Shown: piece by piece, positions 25,309-36,621 of the stretch | Layout of the letters: each line of letters opens with the position of its first letter | How positions within the stretch are numbered: the stretch's first letter is position 1 | Assembly (NCBI RefSeq): GCF_006345805.1 | Contig: NC_043008.1 | Coordinates: 67,518,001-67,582,000 of the forward strand | Source of the DNA: Octopus sinensis | Lineage: Eukaryota | DNA length: 64,000 bases | Direction of reading: 5' to 3' | The notes under the pieces: generated by a model | The model's database searches: none | The model's input: only the letters and a program-made list of their open reading frames with translations | What the model was told of the DNA's origin: nothing | Program-made: the position numbers and the translations under genes

Positions 25309-25505
25309 AACCACATGTGGATCATAGGCGATTTTTTCCTCCGTCTTCGGTTTCTCTTGGACTTTCCTCTGTCTCCTGTTTCTGAAGAAGAGCTTTGCTC
25401 GAAACGTAAAACTACCTTTCTTTCCTTCTCTGAGCGACCGTTAATACTTTACATGTACCACGTGCTCGCGTTATTGTTTTGTCTTGTTTTTTTTTGCTTC
25501 GTCTT
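25301..25505 (+). mobile_element. Solo Penelope pseudo-LTR inserted in (TA)n
   Basis: Homologous to 35990-36215 and 36305-36508, which adjoin Penelope coding sequence. (TA)n on both sides. Confidence 0.8.
25378..25412 (+). ncRNA. Minimal type-I hammerhead ribozyme (Penelope type)
   Basis: GTTT-CTGAAGA-A-GAGC-TTT-GCTC-GAA-ACGT-A-AAAC: helix I GUUU/AAAC, CUGANGA core, helix II, GAAA, palindromic ACGU helix III, GUA cleavage triplet. Confidence 0.8.
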
Positions 25506-25530
25506 ATATATATATATATACACATACGTA

Positions 25531-25566
<36 letters not shown>

Positions 25567-26018
25567 TGTATGTAGGTATGTATGTATGTATGTATGTATG
25601 TCTGTATGTATGTATGTATTTGTGTATCTATGCTTGTCCCTGGTGAGCTTGTGTCCACGCAAAAGAGACCAGTAGAATAAGTACTAGGTTCACAAAGAAT
25701 ATGTCCTGGGGTCGATTTGTTCGACCAAAGGCGGTGCTCCAGCATGGCCACAGTCAAATGACTGAGAGAAATAAAAGAATAAAAGAATACATGTATATAC
25801 ATGTACACACACACACACACACACGTACTTAGTTACACACATGCATGCATGTTGTATTTATGTGTGTGTGTGTTTGTGCGCGTATGTATAGATCTATATG
25901 TACACATAGTTACATTGTCACACACACATTAATACATACGTACACATACATATATATATATACATGAATACATACACATATACATACATATACATATATA
26001 AATATGTAAATCTTTGTG

Positions 26019-26052
<34 letters not shown>

Positions 26053-26129
26053 TAAGGGTAGAAATTGATATTTATCAATTAAGACCAGTGGTCTAGCATA
26101 TTAAAAAAGAATCCGAAGATTAAAATATT

Positions 26130-26291
26130 TATATATACCAATTAAGGACTGAACACGAAAAGTGGACAGTCAACATGCTAGATATAGACGTCAAATCGCC
26201 ATTCACCACATAATCTTTTGTGGTGAATGGCGATTTGACGTCTATATCTAGCATGTTGACTGTCCACTTTTCGTGTTCAGTCCTTAATTGG

Positions 26292-26299
<8 letters not shown>
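26130..26299. repeat. Perfect inverted repeat, 81-bp arms with an 8-nt spacer, next to (TA)n
   Basis: 26130-26210 is the exact reverse complement of 26219-26299; spacer TAATCTTT. Confidence 0.95.
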
Positions 26300-26334
<35 letters not shown>

Positions 26335-26412
26335 GTGTGTGTGTATGTGTGTGTGTTGTGTGTGCATGTATATATACATATATATATATACACACATACA
26401 TAGTCATACACA

Positions 26413-26443
<31 letters not shown>

Positions 26444-26454
26444 AAGTCCCTTAA

Positions 26455-26840
26455 GACCTTGGGGGTCGTTGGGACGCTGCAGCCATGCAACGTACCTATG
26501 TCGGGAAAGGCTGGCAGAGCCCATCCCTTTCCCAGCTAAACTCATTTCTACAACTGAATGGACTGGAGGAATGTGAAACGAAGTGTTTTGCTCAAGAACA
26601 CAACGGATCGCCCGATCCAGGGATCGAAACCACAATCTTACGGTCGTGAATCTAACACCCTAACCACAAAGCAATGTGACTCCACTAGTGCTACTCGTTT
26701 CCACAGTGGAGTGGGCTGGAGCAACGTAAAATGAAATATTTTGCTCAACAACACAACACATCATCCGGTCCAGGAATCGAAACCACAATTTTCCGATAGT
26801 GAGTCCGGAACTCTAATCACTAAGTAACGCGCCTCCACAA
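26455..26840 (-). mobile_element. Two tandem tRNA-headed SINEs (family C; second copy is head only)
   Basis: - strand heads with GGTTAGGGTG...GGTTTCGAT(C/T)CC B-box, related to 49462-49709. Confidence 0.7.
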
Positions 26841-27568
26841 TAAAGATATATCTTTGTAATTAAGATTCCCGCCCCACTCCTTGTTTGCAGGTTCAGTCGC
26901 ACTGTTTGGCACTTTGAGCAAGTGTTTCTTACTACATCCTAGCTCAGTGGTTCTCAACCATCTTTTCACCTAAAAACTCTCCTTAGCCATTCAATAAAAG
27001 TATTTTATTTTATTTTTATAATTAAATATTATTAGAAATTATTATATATAACTAAGTGTATAACTAATTTATTGTACATAAATTGTAACAACAAAATCTT
27101 ATATAGACCTGTAAGGGCCATATGGACCCCACTTAAGAAACACTGCCCTTGTGTTTCTTAATGCTTTCAGAATGGGATTTTGTAAATATAAATTGTGCGA
27201 AACCCGATCTTATGTTTGTATATGTATGTGTATCTGTTTGTGCGAGTGCATGTGGTGTGCGTGCGTACTTGTATGTCTGTGTTTTGTATTTACAGTGATT
27301 AATAATCGGTGCTGATAGATGGTAGACATCGTTACAATAAGCCCTTGAAGACAATGCTTCTGTTTACAATGTGGGTAGGCCCACAGGAATAAGAGCTCTG
27401 GGCTCAAACTCCTTTGCAGGCCCAAACATTCATAAATAGATAGATAAATAGATAAATGAAACACGATCTTTCTAGCTTACCTTATGCGCAGACGACCCTG
27501 CTATTTCACGGAGAATCCGCATGCCTGCAAGTCTGCAACTGACCTGTAGAATAAGAAGTGAACACACG

Positions 27569-27638
<70 letters not shown>

Positions 27639-27649
27639 TATCGAACAGA

Positions 27650-28860
27650 CATACTGAATATACGAGCCTTGCTTCTTCACTGGTAGGCTGCGAATTGACA
27701 AGTTGGAGATGATTCTCTTAAAGTACCGAGTGTTAAAACACCTGAAAGTTATAGACAGTCCAGACAATGCACCCCAATATTCCATCCAGGAGGGATGGAC
27801 ATCAATATTTCCTTACTTTTGTGGCTTATCAACATCACATACCTCAACCGAATTTGATACGAACTGAACAGCCTATCCATGACTATATGCAAGATGTATT
27901 TTTTAGGAAGAGTAGCCACAAGACACACACCAGCTATTCCATTCATTTCCCAGCTCAAAGGGGTGAGCCCAGTTCTATGCTCGGGTGAAGGCATAGAACA
28001 CAACCCCTAGTATCAGCAGCGGGGCCCGACAGCATATGATGTTTTATCCCCCTCCCCGCATCATGCTGGCTCCGTACCCCTTTGAGCAAAATCAAAATTT
28101 ACTCATCTGTCTACAAATACTCCAAGCTTTCCTATCATTTATAAACACCCGTGCCTCTTTCACTCCAACACCTCTAACCACCAAAGCTTTCCTCACTCCA
28201 TCCATCTATACAAACCGAGGTCTGCCTCTGGTTCTGCTGCCTACCACTTCAGCCTTCATCACTCTTCTTAATATCCTGTCCTCATCCATCCTCTCTATGT
28301 GGCCAAACCACCTCAACATTCGTCTTCCATTTTGGTTGTTAGTTTTTTTCTAATTCCTGCTCGTCTTCGCAGCTCCTCATTCCTCATCCTGTCCATCCGT
28401 GTCACACCAACCATAGCCTTCAGACATCTCATCTCAAACACATCTAGTCGCCTCCTTTCAGCCTCTCTCAGCCCCAACGTCTCTGCATTGTCGGCACAAT
28501 CAAGCCCTCACACACACCTCATTTCGCTTTCATACTCAACCTTTTATCTTTTTCACAACTCCAAGTATCTTACTCCCCTCCCTCACTCTGTATACCTCTT
28601 CTTCAGCCAAGCCCCCATCAGCCGTCACATGTGACCCCAGATACTTAAAAACACTCACCTCTTCTAACATCTCAGTATTTATAATCACGTATATCCTACC
28701 AGCCATTCAATCTCTCGAACATCTCATAACCTTACTCTTAGCTACATTCGCTTTCAGTTTCATCCTCTCACACACTTTTCCAAACTCCACCGCCAGTCTC
28801 CTCAGTTGCTCTTCCGAATCTCCTCGGGATTGGGAATCTTCTCCTCCTAGCAGATCCATA
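27650..28860 (-). mobile_element. RTE-clade LINE 3' fragment
   Basis: - strand translation LRWFGHIERMDEDRILRRVMKAEVVGSRTRGRPR at about 28150-28330; upstream SFKYLGS-like RT thumb. Confidence 0.8.
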
Positions 28861-29369
28861 TTCCTAAAAAGACAGCAAGATTACATAATGTAGCTCTTGG
28901 TGACCATTCTCCAAGGGTAAGACTGAATTGTCAGCACTGAGATGCCTTTGCTCATAGGTTTGGATTCATCAGTCCGGGATGACCGGCTGCAAAACTTGAA
29001 CATAACGTAAGGATATTTTGAGAAATTTCTCAGCATTAATTTTAAGTCGGCTACATCTCTCCGTGAGGAGAGAGAGAGAAAAAGAGAGAGAGAGAGTGTG
29101 TGTGTGTGTGTGCGCGTGCATGTGTATGTGTGCGCGCGTATATTTATAAATGTATGTAGGAATGTGTATATATGTATGTGTATGTCTACCTGCTGTCTTT
29201 TCTGCTCCTTCTTTCACTTATTGGACAGTCGCCATGCCGGGGTACTACCTGGAAAGATTTAGTCGAACAAATCGCCTCAAGTATTTATTTTAAGTCTGGT
29301 ACTTCTTATATTGATCCATTTGCCAGACCGCTAAGTTATGTCGGCAAACCCAACACCGCTTGTCCACGT

Positions 29370-29545
29370 AGGAGTGGCTGTGTGGTAAGTAGCTTGCTTA
29401 CGAACCACATGGTTCCGGGTTCAATCCCACTGCAGGGCACCTTGGGCAAGTGTCTTCTACTATAGCTTCGGGCCGACCAAAGCCTTGTGAGTGGATTTGG
29501 TAGACGGAAACTGAAAGAAGCCCGTCGTATATATGTATATATATG

Positions 29546-29616
<71 letters not shown>

Positions 29617-29830
29617 TTGTGTGTCTGTGTTTGTCCCCTCCCCCAACATCGCTTGACAACCGATGCTGGTGTGTTTACGTCCCCATAACTTAGCGGTTCG
29701 GCAACAGTGACCGATAGAATAAGTACTAGGCTTACAAAGAATAAGTCCTGGGGTAGATTTGCTCGACTAAAGGCGGTGCTCCAGCATGGCCACAGTCAAA
29801 TGACTGAAACAACAAAAGAGTAAAAGAGTA
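29370..29830 (+). mobile_element. SINE family B, full length
   Basis: AGGAGTGGCTGTGTGGTAAGTAGC...GGTTCAATCCC...(AAAAGAGT)n tail. Confidence 0.85.
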
Positions 29831-29869
29831 AAGCGAAAGAGTGAGTCGAGAGTGCAAACTCAAATATAA

Positions 29870-29929
<60 letters not shown>

Positions 29930-30254
29930 CACACACAAATTTATACATCTTTTAATTGTTTCATTCATTAGACTGAGGGCATGATGAGGCACCGCCTTCA
30001 AGAATTAAATTTTAGTCTAATTAATTGACCCCAGTAATTTTGAAGCATTATACTAATTCTATCGTTTTCTTCTGCCGAACTGTTAAGTTACAGAAACGTA
30101 AACACATCCACACCGGGGCAAATACAGACACAAAAACACACACGCATATAATATAATAAACACACACACACACACACATATATATATTCATGCATACATA
30201 AGTTTCTTCCAAACTTTTTCTACAAGATCGACCCAGGACTATAGTAGAAGACTC

Positions 30255-30895
30255 TGAGGGCGAGGTGCGTTAGCCCGTCTCCGTCGGTTAGCCGTGCCTT
30301 CGCTTTCATGGAGCGACGGGCTCGGTCGAGAGAAGTGCGTGGGTACCGACGCCGGCCGGCCGCTAAGCCGACGGCGGCGGGGCGCTTATCTGCGAACTGT
30401 GGACGCCGCCTGCCAAGCGGCCCTATGGGAACGGGTCGCGACGACGGATCGGAGGAGAAGTGCGTTCGATGCAGGCGCCCCGGAAATCGAGCGCCGACGA
30501 GGCGGCAGACGACCGCCCGCGGAACGGCGCCCCGGCGAGAAGCAGCGGACTGAGTCCCCTCGCGATCGCGGTGAGCGGTCCTACCCGTTTACCCCTGGGC
30601 GGTTTCACAGTCTCTTGAACTTTCTCTCCACAGTTGTTTTAAACTTTCCCCCGCGGTACTTGGTGGCTATCGGACTCGTCTCCGTATTTAGCCTTGGACG
30701 GAGCTTACCACCCGCTTTGAACTGCGTTCCCAAGTAATCCGACACTCGGGCCGAAGATCACCGCCGATCACTGCTGGCTCCGAATGGGCCTGGCACGCGC
30801 TTTGGAAAGCCCCGATCGAGGAGACCTCGAACGTAGCCAGGCGAAACGATAGACTGTGTACGACCCTTGCGTCACAACTCTTGATGACCGGCGCG
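30255..30895 (-). pseudogene. 28S rRNA fragment (D1-D2 region), orphan
   Basis: Reverse complement gives GGGAACGCAGTTCAAAGCGGGTGGTAAGCTCCGTCCAAGGCTAAATAC...GAAAGTTTAAAACAACTGTGGAGAGAAAGTTCAAGAG, recognisable conserved LSU 5' segments with substitutions. Confidence 0.85.
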
Positions 30896-31196
30896 GAACG
30901 CCGCCGCGCGTAAGCGGATTCGTCGGCAAGATCCGAGGACCTCACCGTTCGATTGGTAGTAGCGACGGTCGGTGTGTACAAAGGGCAGGGACGTAATCGA
31001 CGCGGGATGATGACCCGCGCCTACCGGGAAGTCCTCGTTCACGGGGTTGGTTCCAAACCCCGATCCCTATCATGAGAGATGGCTCAGAGGTTTCCCGACC
31101 CTCTCGGGCCGGGAGAGACGCGCCCGTTGATACCTCCAGTGTAACGCGCGTGCGGCCCCGGACATCTAAGAGCATCACAGACTTGTTAACGCTCCG
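30896..31196 (-). pseudogene. 18S rRNA 3' fragment, orphan, lacking the 18S terminus
   Basis: Plus strand GGTAGTAGCGACGGTCGGTGTGTACAAAGGGCAGGGAC and GGCCCCGGACATCTAAGAGCATCACAGAC match universally conserved SSU motifs, with point changes. Confidence 0.9.
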
Positions 31197-32128
31197 CATC
31201 CGGAGCGATAACATGTCTGTGATGCCCTTATAAAAGTATAAAAATTTCATAATTCCAGGATTCCAGGTTATTCAACAAACGTTCATGGTGATTTCTTTAT
31301 TACCCACAGGGAAATAAACATAGAGGGGACGATACAAATGAGTGATGGGGTCGATAAAGCGAATGGTTTTACACATAAAGATGACTAGTAGCGAATGACA
31401 GGCAAACCAATTACAAAACAATGAAGTGGTGGACGGGTTCCGTCTCGACCCCGCAAGGCCCGTGCCACCATTGCAACATTGTAATGACCCTATGGTCATA
31501 CCATGCGGGCTACAGTCTGAACAAATTTTAACATCGTGGGGTATCCCACAATGAATCCGGATGAATAGTGTCGAAACTTACCGTATCAGGTAGATCTTCA
31601 ATTTCAATGTCTCTTCCCATTGTGGAGACACCCCTCCTGAGGCTCTCCTTCAGTATATTAAATGTCTCTCTTAGCATCAGTGCACATTCCACATCTGTAG
31701 GCACCTCCTTACAATTCGAAGTGTCTACCTTCACAGGGGAGTTCAAACTTTTAATTCCCCTTCTCACACTTTCACTTCTGTTAAACATTACAATAAGGTG
31801 CTTTCCTTGGGGTGGGAGACGGGGAATTTGTAGCTTCTGGAGGACACAGGGTTCTGTCCTCCAGTTCGACAAAAAAAAAAAATTGTTCATGTGCTTACAT
31901 CTGCTAAAAATTTTGGCTCAAGATATAACGTGGGGGAATTCTTTGGTCTAAATAGAATGAGATCGTGGCTGTGTTCCAAGTTCAATACCCTGCGTAGCAC
32001 CATGGGCAAGAGTCTTCTACTGTAGCCTTGGGCCGACCTTGTAGAAGGAGTCTGGAAGAAGCGCGTCGTATATATGAATATACATGTGTGTGTGTGTGTA
32101 TATATATATATATGTGTGTATATATATA

Positions 32129-32173
<45 letters not shown>

Positions 32174-32399
32174 ATGCACATACTGCCATTCATTAGAGAT
32201 AGTAAGTCAAGTAGCTGTAAGTTGATGGAGAAGTGGGTTAAGGACAGAGTGTAATTAATGATGGAAGATTCTAGAAAGGGGATGAGAGAGACAAGCAGAA
32301 TGACAAAACAAAACGGAACGTAGAAGTATAAAATAATAATATATTTTGTAACAGGATCTTTAACACAAATGCAAACCTTGAACTTTCAACCTTGAACTT

Positions 32400-35303
32400 G
32401 TTCGCATAAACAGTCCCGTTTGTTGTATTTTTATTTTCTCATATATTACCACTTTTTTACATTCATTTCATGCTTTCCACAGTTTCCTGCATTTTTGTTC
32501 TCCTTTCCGTCTTTCTTCCCTCTCTGGATGTCCATACTCTGTTTCCTCTGCCTGCACCCCCTTTTTTGCCTCCCCCTCTCTCTGCTTCCCTTCTTTCTTT
32601 CCCTTTTCCGTTTGCCCCGTCTTTCCTGCCCCTATCGCTTACTTATCTAGTTTTTTCATACGATTATTATTTTTTTGTTTTTTTGAACGTTTGTTTTTTC
32701 CCCTTTTTTTTCGCTATCCTTTTTTATCTATTTTTTTCATACGATAATTTTTTGTTTTTTTTTTGTTTTTTCGAACGTTTGTTTTTTTCCGCTATCCATC
32801 ATGCCGGATCCTAGGTCCTACCTCCTCACCCTCCATCATCGTTTGAAGGATCATCTCCGTTCGTTTCCTGTATATTGCCTTCAGCCGTCCGTTAATCTCT
32901 CTCTACTTCTTTTAAAAAAAACCCGTTTCTCTAGCCATGTCTCTTTCCTAAGCCGCTGCCTACATCACCGACTCATCCCTAAAGGTTTCCGCCTCCACTT
33001 CCACCCTGCTCTCCACTCGGATTCTTCCATCTTACCCATACTCCGCACCACATCTTACCGCCTTATGCGGGCCACCATTCGCTCCAATCTCTCTAAACTA
33101 CATACCATCAACCGCCTTCTTCCTCCTGCTTTCTCCACCTTCTTCTCCTCTCTGCCGCCTCTCTATGCTCCAAACACGCTACGCTTCATTATCCATTTGA
33201 ATCAACTCTTCCATCAATTTCTTTCTGATACCAAACTTCGTAAACTCCAATCACTCTTCCATTCCACCCTACCCGACGCCACTACCCCAACTCCTCCACT
33301 ACCCTTCCCCCCTCCCGATAGGCTCCATCCACCCACACCTAACCCCACTGCCCCTACCCTACAACCCCTTCTCCCCTCCCGATAGGCTCCATCCACCTAC
33401 ACTTAACCCTACTGCCCCCCCCAACCACCTCCCCAATCCCTCCCCCTCAGACCTCCACGAGACCTACCACCCCTCCTACTTCTATTCCACCCACCCCTTC
33501 TCCACTTCCGTCTGTTGTTACCATTCCCCCCGATCTTCCCCTCTCTGCGGCTGAACGCTCCGTCCTTGGTAGGGGTCTGCGTTTCATCCCCCTCACTCCA
33601 TCCTGTAAGGAATTCCAGACGCGAGTTGATGTCCACAGCTTTGTGCGCCGTGTCCGTTGGGTGCGCATTACCACGACTCGCCACCCACACCCAACGAAGA
33701 GGACTGCTTCACTGGCCTGGTCCGCCGACCATCCCCGTGGACGCCTGCCCATGGCCAGATCCTAGCAGTGGATCTTTTCGCGGGCGCTTGTCAGCGTGCA
33801 TTGGAGAGGGTTCAACTTCTCCAGGCGCCAACGCCGCTCAACATCTCCCCGGCTGAGCTCTTGGCTCTTCGTTCCCTCCAACGGCGCGCTGACATTATCA
33901 TCAAACCGGCTGACAAGGTTGGAGCTGTAGTGGTGTGGCGCGCGGACCTCTATAGGGCCGAGGCTTTCCGCCAACTCAATGACACCTCCTTCTACTCCCC
34001 TCTGCCCTCTAACCCCACACGTAGCTACCAACAGACGGTATCCTCTACTGTCCGCGACCTCATCTCGTCCCTCCGTCTCCCCCACACCGCATCCAACCTA
34101 ATGTGCGAACCCCACGTACCCCCACCATTTACTTCCTCCCCAAAATCCACAAACCAACAACCCTGGCCGCCCCATCGTCTCCGCCTGTAACTGCCCCACG
34201 GAGCTCATCTCTAAATACCTCGACCGTGTCCTTGCCCCCCTAGTGGCATCTCTTCCCTCCCACATCCACGATACCAACCATGCTCTCCGGCTTTTCAACT
34301 CTTTCTCCTTTCCTCCCGGCTCCTCCAAAATCCTCTTACTATGGACATCCAAAGCCTCTATACTGTTATCCCTCACCACGAAGGACTGCAGGCCCTTCGA
34401 CACTTTCTGACCTCCGCTCCAACCCTGTACCTGACACCTCCACACTCATTCGTCTGGCCGAACTTGTCCTTACTCTGAACTGCTTCTCGTTCGCGGGCGA
34501 GTTCTACCATCAGGTCTCGGGAGTGGCCATGGGAACGCGAATGGGCCCCAACTATGCGAACTGTTCGTTGGCTATGTTGAGGCCCAAATATTCTCTAATT
34601 TCACTGGTCCCACTCCTGAACTATATGGTCGTTACATTGACGACATTATCGGTGCCACCTCACTCTCCGTGAACATCTAGATTCCTTCCTCTCTTTCGTC
34701 CAATCTTCCATCCAGCCTCCACTTCACTTCCACTATCTCCAACACTCTGTCTCCTTCCTCGACATTTCGGTTAGCATTCTTCACTCCACTCTTACCACCT
34801 CCATTCACTACAAACACACAGACTCACTAATACCTCAACTTCTCTTCCTCCCAACCCAGAACACACCAAGCTTTCCATCCCCTATTCCCAATTCCTCCGT
34901 CTACGTAGGCTCTGCAGTGACGACCATGACTTTGAGACTCAGTCTCAACGTATGGCTCACCACTTCACCCTACGTGGATACCCCCTCACCACTATCCACA
35001 CCGCCCTTGCCAGAGCACGGTCCGTGGACCGTGTATCTGCTCTCTCTCCCCGAACCGCCCTGTAGTCTCCCGCCTCCATTTTCCCCTCACTTACCACCCC
35101 ACGACCCTACCTCTCCAACGCACCATTCTTCGAGCTTTCCGTCATCTCCAGTCCGACCCGTCCACTTCACACCTCTTCCCTAACCGACCCCTCCCCTCTT
35201 TCAAACGAGCCCACAACCTTCGAGACCTTTTGGTCCATAGCTCCTTCCCTGACCCTACCTCCCAACCCGGCTCGTTCCCCTGCTCCCGCCCACGTTGCCG
35301 CAC
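32400..35303 (+). mobile_element. Penelope-like element: 5' UTR, N-terminal region and RT (frameshifted), truncated just before GIY-YIG
   Basis: ATG at 32801 (RFSSHVSFLSRCLHHRLIPKGF); IIKPADKVGAVVVW; PGRPIVSACNCPTELIS; GVAMGTRMGPNYAN; YGRYIDDI. Confidence 0.92.
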
Positions 35304-36215
35304 TGTGTGTGTGAGGAAATTGTGGAGTTGGTGGTTGAGATTAAGAAGGAAGCGGAGAATGGGTTGGATGAAGGGTGGAGGGCAGATGGAGGAAAGGAGG
35401 AGGTAAGCTTGGGAGAGTTGGTGGTCGAGGGAGTAGAGTAAGGAGCAGGTGGAACGGATGGTGGCACGGATAAGGAGGCGGGAAGTGCGGGTGGGAGTGG
35501 TCTCGATGAAGGGTGGGAATGGTGGGTAAAGTGGAACTTCAAGAGGAAGCCACGGGGTGTGACGTGATGACGGAGGCAACTGCTAAGAAAAGCGAGTTTT
35601 TATAAAAAGCAGGTGAGAGAGTTTTTTTTGCGGGTTGCAAGCATTAGGGGTGGGGTGGGGGGCAAAGAAATCGGGAAAGAAGGGAATGGAGGTGCTGGAC
35701 AAGGAGTGAAGGTCAGGCATGGTGAGAGGGTGTGAATGTCGGTGTAGGTGCTATTGGTGGCGACAAAAAGGAAAAGAGAAGGAGAGTGGAAGTAGAACAG
35801 AAAATAGGTTGAAGGAGGAGGAGGGGATAGAGTGGAAGAGTCACGGACAAATTGTAATGATTCCCAATCAAGGTGTAGAATTGGCGTAATCCGAATGAGC
35901 AGGTAAAGTAATCCGAAGGCAAAAGAATTCTGCGAACAGGTACTCCAAAGTCAGTCAGAAGGCCGGGGTCCGCGTGAGCGTGCGGTATATAGTAAATCCA
36001 AACAAAGAAGAACAAACATAAAAAAACAACAACGTGAGGACGTGGTACAAGTAATGTCTTATCAGACGCTCAGGGAAGGAAAGAAAGAGGATTTAACGTT
36101 TCGAGCAAAGCCCTTCTTCAGAAACAGAGGTAAGTCGAAAAGAAGGGAAGACGGAGGAAGAAAATCGCCAATGATTCCACGTGGTTACATTTTGAAATGA
36201 CCGGAAGGGAATAAG
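35304..36215 (-). mobile_element. Second Penelope family: pseudo-LTR plus N-terminal coding part, 3'-truncated, joined tail-to-tail to the previous element
   Basis: - strand RLLIRATIRS...LRFLLNLNHQLHNFL is homologous to RLMRATIRS...LRFIIHLNQLFHQFL in ORF 32801-33385. Hammerhead-bearing LTR at 35990-36215. Confidence 0.75.
36091..36125 (-). ncRNA. Minimal type-I hammerhead ribozyme
   Basis: - strand GTTT-CTGAAGA-A-GGGC-TTT-GCTC-GAA-ACGT-T-AAAT. Confidence 0.75.
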
Positions 36216-36274
36216 TGAAGAAAAAGTTCTTTCTAAGACAAGAGAGCGCAAGAGAAGTGTGTATGTGTTGGTAT

Positions 36275-36304
<30 letters not shown>

Positions 36305-36309
<5 letters not shown>

Positions 36310-36508
36310 AATGCGACGGCGTGTGTACCGTTGGCAATTTTCTTTCTCCGTCTCTCCTTCCTTTGACCTTTTCCTGTTTCTGACGAAGAGCTCCGCTCGA
36401 AACGTTAAATCCTCCTTCTTTCTTTCCTTTCCTGAGCGTCCAATAGCACTATACTTCTTCTACGTCCTCGCGTTGTTGTGTTTTCTCTTTGTTCATGTTT
36501 GGATTAAC
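36305..36508 (+). mobile_element. Penelope pseudo-LTR, inverted relative to 35990-36215
   Basis: Homologous to 25301-25505; flanked by (TA)n. Confidence 0.8.
36376..36410 (+). ncRNA. Minimal type-I hammerhead ribozyme
   Basis: GTTT-CTGACGA-A-GAGC-TCC-GCTC-GAA-ACGT-T-AAAT. Confidence 0.78.
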
Positions 36509-36621
36509 TATATATATATATATTATATATATATATATATATATAATAAATATTAGGGAATAAATCCAAACTTACAGGGAAAAATCAGATTTAGGATTGA
36601 ATCCAATTTATAGTAAAATAT

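Noticed and set aside
30255-31196. Functional rRNA genes
   Set aside because: Fragmentary, fused, and mutated in universally conserved motifs; annotated as pseudogene pieces.
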